DNA of 64,000 bases. Origin: Eledone cirrhosa. Taxonomy: Eukaryota. Position numbers and translations under genes: made by a program. Location of the stretch: assembly GCA_964016885.1 (NCBI GenBank), contig OZ024755.1, positions 12,896,001 through 12,960,000 on the forward strand, given 5' to 3'. The first letter of the stretch is position 1, and each line of letters starts with the position of its first letter. Positions 54,083 to 64,000 of the stretch are shown in pieces. The notes below the pieces were generated by a model. It was not told the origin of the DNA. It made no database searches and saw only the letters and a program-made list of their open reading frames with translations.

Positions 54083-54811
54083 TATAGTTATAAGCTTCAA
54101 TAGTAATACATACAAAAGTAATTCATACCATAGATGAGGCTCATAGCATGTCAATCAATGGCCTGCCGTTATACATTGAAACATGTAGAATTAAAATTAT
54201 GTTTTAAATATAACCCTCCATCTATTGAATTTTGAGCTCTGCAGCCTGTGACCTAACAATCTGCAACAGAATCTACAACAGCTGAGAACAACCTCAGCCT
54301 TTTTTAATTACTGCTGGATGAAGGAAACTGGTTAACATAGAGCTTCTCTCAATTTTACTAGGATCGATATTGGTAAACCAATATGAAAATTTGCAGTAAA
54401 GTCTTTCATATTTAACGTGACGTGGTCATAGTGCTGGTCCATACTTTTCAGAGCTTCTGATCTTTCAGATAGGTCAAGGACTGCATCAAACTTACATACA
54501 TTCCTGAATTCTATAGGGTGCAGTGGGTGAATTTTATCATGGCACCAGCACAGAGTAAGTTGTTATATTTTTAACACAACTGAAGGGTCCTCTCATTTCT
54601 TTGTTTGGCTAGTTTTCTATGACCGGTTGCTCTTACTACCAACAACTTTACAGAGTATATTGTGTGTGTTTCACAAGCACTTTAAAAAATACAGTTTAGT
54701 ATTCTAGAACCAAGGATGGTTTGGTATGAGAAGGGTTAAGACGCTTGTTGTACATCCGTGTATTGTCTGCAAACAATATTTTTTATTCTACTGTGTATTT
54801 TCTGTTGTCAG

Positions 54812-55015
54812 AGAAAAGAAAGGAGAAGACCTAGCACCATGCCCAACAGCAATCAATGAAGAAATGAGTAAAGCCACACAACAGATTGAAATAAGCCGTC
54901 AACGGTTGAAAAAGCTGGAGTATGATGGCTCACAGCTAGTGACTAACATCCGCACAGCGGGAGATTCCCGAGAAAGTCAACGGAGGTTAGAGTATGAGGA
55001 ATGTTCACGACAAAG
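54812..55015 (+). CDS. DRC1: DRC1 exon 2
   Basis: EKKGEDL...QQIEISRQRLKKLEYDGSQLVTNIRTAGDSRESQRR; phase 2 to 2. Confidence 0.9.
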
Positions 55016-55147
55016 GTGAGTGGAGGACATCTTAGTGAAGCTTGAAGCTTTAACCCTTTAGTCAAAGAAAGTATGTTATGTAAATATTATTTTCCTAGTG
55101 ATGGTGGTGGTCATCATCATAAACATCTCATCTTTCTTACTATTGCC

Positions 55148-55535
55148 ATCATCATCATCATTTTACCTCCACTTTTCCTTGCTTGCAAGGGTGGGACAGG
55201 TCCTTTTCAGCACAACATCTCTCCATTTGACACAGTCCTTCATCATCTCCTCTGTGAGCTTCAATGATCTGAGGTCAGCTCTCACCACCGTCGCCCATGT
55301 TTTTTTGTGGACTTCCTCTACTGCGTCTTCCTTCCACCAGGATTTCTTGGCACTTCTTCACCCAGTGGTCATCTTCCATGTGCATCACATGGCCATACCA
55401 ACGCAGTCTTCTCTCATGCACACTACAGTTTATCCATTTTATACATAGTTTCACTCTCAACTCATCTATGCTTGGTCGTTCCCGCACATTGACATTGCAC
55501 ATCCATCGGAGCATGCTTGCTTCATTTCTCTCCTG
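55148..55535 (-). mobile_element. RTE-clade LINE 3' end with (GAT)n tail
   Basis: MLRWMCNV...RRLRWYGHVMHMED...GRRSRG is a typical RTE ORF C-terminus; short tandem tail. Confidence 0.8.
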
Positions 55536-55649
55536 TGAATTGGCAGTATCAGTAGAGTGTTGTGAATTAATTATATTTATATATTCATTATAGATAAATA
55601 GCCATAATTGTAATTTACCTTTTTGTAAAAAGATTGATAATTCTTGCAG

Positions 55650-55701
55650 AAAGGAAAGAATAGACCAAGAAACTAAAACATCAGCTGAAAGATTTGAAGA
55701 G
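55650..55701 (+). CDS. DRC1: DRC1 exon 3
   Basis: KERIDQETKTSAERFEE; cttgcag| and |gtgagt. Confidence 0.85.
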
Positions 55702-57445
55702 GTGAGTGTTGTGAATATTTCTATTGTAAGAAACTAACCCAGCTTTCACAATAGGTTATCAGCTTTTGATTGGTGAGGAAGCAAAGAAAAGATTTCTTTA
55801 TGCTGCATATTTAGGGCAAATTATATTGTATACAAACAATTTATATAATGTTTACAGTTTACAAAAAAAAAAAAAATCCGAAAGAAGAAAATAATGTGGG
55901 GTGGCATACACACTGAGTTTTTATTATACAGAAACTGCTGCTTGATAATGTCTGTCTTCCCCATTCTGGTGGCTGACATGATCCATGGTTGGTTTATGGA
56001 ATATAAGGGCATATGTTGGAGGTTGGTTTTGCATGAGTTATGTGGGCAGGCTAGTGGTTGGTTTATGGTATTTTCTGAGTGTTTTGTTTATCGGTTAAGG
56101 TAATCAACGGTCTTATTTACATATAACAGGAAATGCTGGTGTTGTCTTCTAATAATGTTTGAGGTAAGTCAAGACACACATGGCCTTTCCACAGGTGATA
56201 GAGAGGCTGAATCACTGAAATAGCCAAGCACTCTATGAGCTTTATCTGATATTTGAATAAGACAAGCCATCAACGATAACAAAATCCCATTGTCAGCAGC
56301 CTAGATCTTTTCAAACATCTAGAAGGCCAGATATAAAGATGTAATTTACCAATAAAACGTGGTATTTCAGTATTATATTCCATTTAGTTATGGATATTGT
56401 TGCCACTATCACCTCCATTACAACAGTAGCTAATCTTTCTTCCAGTTGACCTCATTATAAGATTATAATTTCAGCACATCATACTAATGAAATACTAGTT
56501 GGTTATTTAGGAGTGAATAAAAGGTGGCTCAGACAGTAAATTGCCTGGGGTGGGGTAATTGTGTTTAATATTAAGATCTATGAAAGAAAGTAACTAATTG
56601 ATTTAAATGAATCATCATCATCATCATTATTTTACATATACTTTCCACAACTGGCATGGGTTGAATTAGACTGGACAGGTCAGAGAGACCTTGTCTTGCT
56701 CATACATTCCATATTTTGACATTGTTTCTACAGTTGGGTACCATTCCTAATGTTAATAACCTTGCAGAGTGTACCAGATGCATTTTTCATGACACCAATT
56801 CTACCACTTTTCATAGAGGGCTGGGTCCATTTTAATGTGACACTAATATTAATACTTTACCAAGTGCACTGGGTGCATTTTTTCATGACACCAACACTAC
56901 CACTTTACAGAGAGGGCTGGGTGCATTTTTTCATGACCATCATTACCACTTTATAGAGTGGGCTGGATGCATGTTATCGTGGCAGCAATACTAACACTTT
57001 ACAGAATGTACTAGGTACATTTTATTGTGGGACCAACATTAACACTTTGCAGGGTGTACTACATGGCACCAGTATTAGGGAGGTTGTCATATGCTAGACC
57101 AGACTGAAGAATTCTCACAAACCATAAAATGTCTTTATTTATTATTTGTTATTCACCACACACTGTAGCCTCTGTCTTTCATCATATTTATTTTTAGAAT
57201 CAGAGAAAACTTCTTACATAAAATTATGACGTAAGGTTTTTAGTTAAATATAAACACTTTAAAACAAAATATTACATGTCATAGAACCATGGCTGGCTTC
57301 AGGGGATCTGGTGGGGGGGGGGGGGGGGTGTAAATATTAATTCAATGAATTTCTTTTTTTTTTAAAGTAATTGTATTATTCTGCAGTTAATATTTTGTTT
57401 CTTAATTTCATTTCCATATGTGATATTGTTCCTGAATTGGATAAG

Positions 57446-57502
57446 ATCAACAAAAAATGGGAAACAGCTCTACAAAAGGACCTCCCTCATTCACTGCACG
57501 AT
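57446..57502 (+). CDS. DRC1: DRC1 exon 4
   Basis: INKKWETALQKDLPHSLHD; phase 0 to 0; weak ataag| acceptor. Confidence 0.8.
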
Positions 57503-58050
57503 GTAAATTGTTTGTTTTGTTTTTCTTTTTTAAATCTTAACCTCCTGTACCATATGAAACTGTATTAGCAAAACATTCCTGTTTGTACAAAAGAGCATTA
57601 CAGGTGTACCATGTTGAAAACTAAAGTCTTTACTCTAATAAAGTAAATTTCTACAAAGATCTGTCAACAAGTAAAGGTACAATAAACATTTGAATGAAGA
57701 AAAATGTTTTTAGATATTTTCTGCTGAATGTTAAGAGTTTATATAATATCACTCGTTTCATTAATTAATCAGTTTTAATAAGCTACTTAATTATCTAATA
57801 GGCTGTTCTTGCCTAGTTGTTTAGAAATCAAAATAATTTAACAAGAAAGGTAACCAAGCATCATGTTAATGTTGTTGTTGTTGCTGTTGATGATGCTGCT
57901 TACAGATGTTTTTTTGTTTTTTTTTCATTATTCATGATTCATGAGTTAGACATTCAGTTGACAAAATGACTGAATACTCATTGACAAAACCAACATAGGA
58001 TCCATCAGGAACCTATTTAAAATTGTCTCTTCTTTCCGCTATTTTCCCAG

Positions 58051-58125
58051 GCTCTGGAAGAACAGAGAAAAGCCTGCGATGTTTTGTTAGAAGAAAAAAA
58101 TAAATTGACTAATGATTTCCAACAG
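58051..58125 (+). CDS. DRC1: DRC1 exon 5
   Basis: ALEEQRKACDVLLEEKNKLTNDFQQ. Confidence 0.9.
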
Positions 58126-58217
58126 GTGAGGAAAAATTTCTTCTTAGGAAAAATAACAAAACAAAAACAACTGCTTAACCCTGCAAATTCTTCATCTTCA
58201 AAATGCAAACATTTTAA

Positions 58218-58822
<605 letters not shown>

Positions 58823-59227
58823 ATATATATTATAAAAAAGAGAGACAGTTTTAAATGTATATCCTCTGTTATACGTATTTCGAAGACATCAAAGTGATTG
58901 CATAATAACCCTTTGACATGTTCTCTTCAGACAGGTGCAAAGTTGTGGTATTTTTGTTTTTGATATACTACTGGAGTTATGAGCGTTATGGCAGCAGTCC
59001 CCTCCAGTAGTCATATGATTTGGATGGCTATTATAGTAGGATAGGATGCGGGATATTATTCTTGCTGAAATTCTTAGGATGGTAAGAAGATTAAGGCATC
59101 AAATTACCAGAGGGCTCAGTTGCTGCCTGTTCATAAATGCTAAAGAATGTGTTGAAGCTAATAACTATAATGTACATCGCATAGAGCACTGTTCACTTTA
59201 TCTGTTTGACAGAGTCTTTCAACACTA

Positions 59228-59292
<65 letters not shown>

Positions 59293-59693
59293 TCCTTCAG
59301 GCACAGGCCGAAGCTGAAGCATATATATAGTATGCACTATCCCACCCCACTCTCCCATACATCTCCCATGAGGACAGGCCAAAGTATATATCTAGTGAAG
59401 TCCCCAACCCACACTGTAAAGTGGTCATGTAGGCCGTGTAGGTGACAAAAAGCACCCAGTCTCACTGTTGGCATTAGGAAGGGCATCCAGCTATAGAAAC
59501 CAAGCCAAAAATCTGTTCTGTATGAGCAAGACATGGTCACCTGAACTAGCATTGCCTACAACAGAACAACTCGTCTAACGCATGCTAGCATGGAAAAATA
59601 GACGTAAAACGGTGATGATGATATATATATATATATGTGTGTGTATGTATGTATATATATGTATGTATATCAATATTGTTTGTTATATTTTAG

Positions 59694-59903
59694 AGAGTCT
59701 ATCTGAGAGAAAGGGAGGACATCATTAAACTACATAATGTGAAATGGCACAAGAAGATGAAACAACGTCGAGAGAAGGAACTGGAATATCTTGAGATTAG
59801 TCAACAACATGTGAGTGAATATGAAGACTTGATCCACGAGGTTCGGATCCAGGATGCTGAGGAGTACCAAAAGGTGAAGCTGAAACTTGAGACTGAAGTC
59901 CAG
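59694..59903 (+). CDS. DRC1: DRC1 exon 7
   Basis: RVYLREREDII...KW...DAEEYQKVKLKLETEVQ. Confidence 0.92.
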
Positions 59904-60316
59904 GTAGGAGCTTTTTCTCTGACAAAAGAAAAATATTTTAATATTGTTTTATATTAAAATATTTTTTTACATTTAATCCTGTTTTGATAACAACCCACCC
60001 AAAAATATTTCTGGTTTTATTAAACAAAACAACCCAATATAAAGGGTTCCTATTTAAATCAATATTTTCCAACATAATTTCAGATAAGAACCCTATGTTA
60101 ACCCTTTAACTACTATCCTGACCAAAACCGTCTCTGGTTCTATGAAACAAAATCATCCATTTTAGAGGGTTTCTATTTAAATTAAAATCTTCATACATCA
60201 AGTTACTATCTTAGTAATGAAATAATTGATAATTTTAGTAAATCCCTCAAAATTCTTAATTAATCTTGCCTTCATATGCCAGGAGTTGTGACTTGCAGAT
60301 AATATCAGAAATGTAA

Positions 60317-60616
<300 letters not shown>

Positions 60617-61155
60617 TGATAATATTATCACAGTCCAAGACAAGATATGGTCAGATAATCATGTCTTGCTCATACATTCCTTATTTTGGCATGGTTTCTA
60701 CAGCTAAATACCTTCTCTAACACTAACTCCTTTACAGAGTGTACTGGGGGTGCATTTTATCATGGGTATCAGTACTACCACTTTACTATATAGGTTTATT
60801 TGCAAGAACAAAGGTAGCACATACAGAATAAAGTACTCAATATTTCAAGAAGTTGAGTATAAATTATTATTTATTTGAAACCTCAAGGAGTATTTGAAAG
60901 TAAGATGAATTCATTAGATTTTGTCATTGATTAATGCTACCTCTAGATTATCTCCCTTGCCAAGAAAACTGTTTACAACCACAGGACTCTATATACAACC
61001 AGGTGGCAAACACCGTAATACAGGGAGGAGGTGGAAATGATATTAGATTTAGTGATATGGTTTCAAACTCAGTTTGCACTCCACCTCTTTTTTTATGTTA
61101 CTATTATAGTTGTGTACTTTTTTCCTTAATATATACATATGTCTCTTTCTTTCTC

Positions 61156-61198
<43 letters not shown>

Positions 61199-61269
61199 AT
61201 TTTTTGTCTATCTATCTCTCTTTCCTCAATGTTAATTTAATGGGTTTTGTGTTACCATGAATTTTTCAG

Positions 61270-61329
61270 GCTTCAAGATACTCTAAATAACATAAAAGCG
61301 AAGTTAGCTAAACAAGAAAAACATTACAA
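61270..61329 (+). CDS. DRC1: DRC1 exon 9
   Basis: LQDTLNNIKAKLAKQEKHY; phase 2 to 2. Confidence 0.88.
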
Positions 61330-61892
61330 GTATGTATCTATGGTAACTTATTGTCTGGCAGATTCCTATTTCTTCGTTCATGTCTTATATTGGATTTATC
61401 TCTGATCTTCTAAACACTGTAGTACCTTGAGTTGATTATCAACCTTATCAACTTCGTTTATATCTTATAATTGATTTATCTCTGATCTTCTTAATGCTAT
61501 AGAACATGGAGTTGATTAGCAATCCAATCAACTTTGTTCATGTCTAGTAATGGAATTATCTCTGATCTTCTCATTGCTATAGAAGCCGGAGTTGAGTAAC
61601 AATTCATTCAACTAACTAAGGTTCAAGAAAAAATCAACTTAAACAATACTATGGAAATTTTTATGAAGTGTGTGAGAGATTGAAATTTCAAAGTATGTTT
61701 TTGCTATCAAGCAAAAACCACACTGTATGTATCGTTACATTAAAATAGTTGAACAAATAAAGGAGTTATATCCCTGGTTTATTCACAACTATTTTATAGT
61801 GTTATTTCATGCATTGTGGTTCTTTGCTCGATAGCAAAAACATACTTTGAAATAACTTGTAAAATTAATACAAATGTAGTTTCTACTTTCAG

Positions 61893-61967
61893 AGAAGAAA
61901 ATCAACAACTAACAGATGACTACAAACGCCTTACAGAGCAGTTCCAAGATTTGGAGAAACGGGCAAA
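61893..61967 (+). CDS. DRC1: DRC1 exon 10
   Basis: EENQQLTDDYKRLTEQFQDLEKRA. Confidence 0.9.
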
Positions 61968-62019
61968 GTATTTATTGATGTCATTTGTTGATCCTCTAAT
62001 TTCTTGTATTGCATTTTAA

Positions 62020-62305
62020 CATACATTGGTGCCTTACATTTGGTGGACATACAGTAGCATCTTATGAATGGACATACATTAGTATCTCACTTTGGGTGGA
62101 CATGCATTGGTATCATATGCTTAGTGGACACATAGTGGTATCTTATAGTTGAACATAACTTGTACCTTGTGTTTGGTGGACATACAGTGATATCCTATGC
62201 TTGGTTGATATACATTGGTAACTTATTATGGGTATGCATATATTGGTACCTTATATTTGATAGACATACTGTGGTATCTTATGTCTGGGAGACATACAAT
62301 GGTAG
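62020..62305. repeat. ~32-bp degenerate minisatellite
   Basis: Repeated catacattggtatcttatgtttggtgga-like units. Confidence 0.7.
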
Positions 62306-62461
62306 TTTACAGATGTGTATCTGTCATTTAGGACCTTAGAGGTGTTTTTATTTATGAAGAGGTAAGAGGAACATGGATCTTCAGTTGGATGCTATCTTTT
62401 TACTCTGCGTACTACCTTCTCTTTTATCTGAAATGTAATATCTATTTCTATGACTTTCTAG

Positions 62462-62611
62462 ACATTTCATGGCCATTGATATGAAGAAATTCTATGATAT
62501 ATGGTGTATGAACGAAGATATTTGTAAAGACTTGCTATTGAAAGGAATTCTGAGTGCCCAGCAGATTATCTACACCCAGCAGCTGGGGTTAAAATGGAAA
62601 GAACCAAACAT
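62462..62611 (+). CDS. DRC1: DRC1 exon 11
   Basis: HFMAIDMKKFYDIWCMNED...IIYTQQLGLKWKEPN. Confidence 0.92.
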
Positions 62612-62642
62612 GTAAGTATTAACAACTACATTCATGACATTA

Positions 62643-62806
62643 TAGCAGTATCGGTAGAGGGTTGGATGCCATGCTTTGCAACATAGAGTTACGGCTCTTT
62701 ATGAATCCCGCTGAGGTTAACTTTGCCTTTCATCCTTACGGGGTCTATAAAATAAAGCACCAGTAATACACTGATGTAATTGCTGGCCTTGTGCCAGAAA
62801 CAATTA
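62643..62806 (+). mobile_element. SINE family 1 copy
   Basis: gcagtatcggtagaggg head; same body. Confidence 0.75.
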
Positions 62807-63146
62807 TGACATTTTCTGTTTTTGACATGGTTTTTGTTGTTTTGTTTTGTTTTTTGTTACTGTTTAGTCAACAGTTCATATTCTACAAGCTTGCAGGCAT
62901 TGCTCTACAATGGAAAGTTTCCAAATAAATATAAATACTTTAAAATAAACAATTTTCTGTCATAGAACAAGGAATGGTTTTATATGGTTTCATATGAAAA
63001 AGGTTAAAACAAGTCATGTATCATACAACCAAGGGTAGATTGAAATAATACAGGGGGCTGGTGGTGGTATTAAAGGAGTTGAAACATATGTACAGAACAT
63101 ATAAGAAAATACAACTTGTTGCTATTTAAATTTTCTAATCCATCAG

Positions 63147-63241
63147 AGCATTTACTGAAAATAAAGGTCCAATAACTTTCACTCAAATAAACCCCAGTTT
63201 TTCTGCTACCCAAATATTGAGCCATGTTTTACTGACAAAAG
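63147..63241 (+). CDS. DRC1: DRC1 exon 12 (gene continues beyond window)
   Basis: AFTENKGPITFTQINPSFSATQILSHVLLTK; G|gtaag donor. Confidence 0.8.
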
Positions 63242-63676
63242 GTAAGATTTAATAATGTTTCTTTCTATTAGTTCTTTTAACTTTTAACATCTTGTACTGC
63301 ATGAAACCTCATTAACAAGACATTCTTGAAAAGCATAAAACATCATTATAACTGCATCACATTACTCTAATTGTGCATATTTTCACAATAATCTGTCCAC
63401 TAATAAAGTTATTATAAACATTTGAATTAGCAAACCCATTTTTAGATATTTTCTGCTAAATCGTCACTATAACTGCATCACATTAAAAAATGATTTATTC
63501 TAATGCTACATAGTTTCACAACAATCTGTCCACTAATAAATTGATTATAAACTTTAAATTAACAAGCTTATTTTTATTCAATTGAAGAAAGTTGGTTGAT
63601 TGAAAATCTGCCGACTTTTTCTTAACATAAGTGAAGCACTCCATGGTTTATGTCCATCTGGAGTTTTATTATAATA

Positions 63677-63751
63677 ATAAACAAGAAAGAAGGTTTCATT
63701 CGTACATCCCTATTTTAGGGATGTACGAACAAAACTATCTTTCTTGTTTAT
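63677..63751. repeat. Imperfect palindrome, ~35-bp arms
   Basis: ATAAACAAGAAAGA..TTCGTACATCCCT / AGGGATGTACGAA..TCTTTCTTGTTTAT. Confidence 0.85.
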
Positions 63752-64000
63752 CCTTACAACCTTATTTTTAGATATGTTTTGCTGAATCATTACAAGATCT
63801 TAAGAGTTAACTAACAACCATGCTTTCACAACAATATTTTTAACAAAATTGACTTCAGCACCTTAAAAATTAGTCTTTACTCTAATACTGCAAATTTTCA
63901 CAATGATCTGTCCACGAATAAAGATGCTATAAACATTTAATTTAACGAGCATGTTTTTAAATATTTTCTGCTGAATTATTACAGACTATTAAGAGTTTAT

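Overview
AT-rich, repeat-dense metazoan genomic DNA; the SINE families and very long (TA)n tracts suggest an octopod cephalopod (inference). Three spliced protein-coding genes can be reconstructed with consistent GT-AG sites and intron phases. (1) The 3' part of an uncharacterised + strand gene, with a >=3.96-kb low-complexity exon, two microexons and four short exons (stop at 15586). (2) A complete six-exon RPL11 (uL5) on the - strand (ATG 52048, stop 36016, 180 aa). (3) The first 12 exons of DRC1/CCDC164 on the + strand (ATG 52292, running off the window). RPL11 and DRC1 are head-to-head, with about 240 bp between start codons holding a TCT/5'TOP initiator, an ACTACA+Staf/ZNF143-type site and an RFX X-box. 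The most notable structure is inside RPL11 introns 3 and 4: eight sense-strand copies of a box H/ACA snoRNA. Its two pockets are complementary to conserved 18S rRNA sites (equivalents of human Psi609 and Psi1174, numbering from memory), and it carries an extra covarying 5' hairpin. Four copies lie in a recent, near-identical 1503-bp tandem amplification. Also present: a complete hammerhead ribozyme motif and degenerate relatives (Penelope-type), an inverted pair of RTE-LINE 3' ends around DRC1 exons 3-6, a decayed CR1/L2 LINE, SINEs, MITEs, fold-back palindromes and about 15 kb of (TA)n-derived microsatellite, which accounts for most of the long spurious ORFs.
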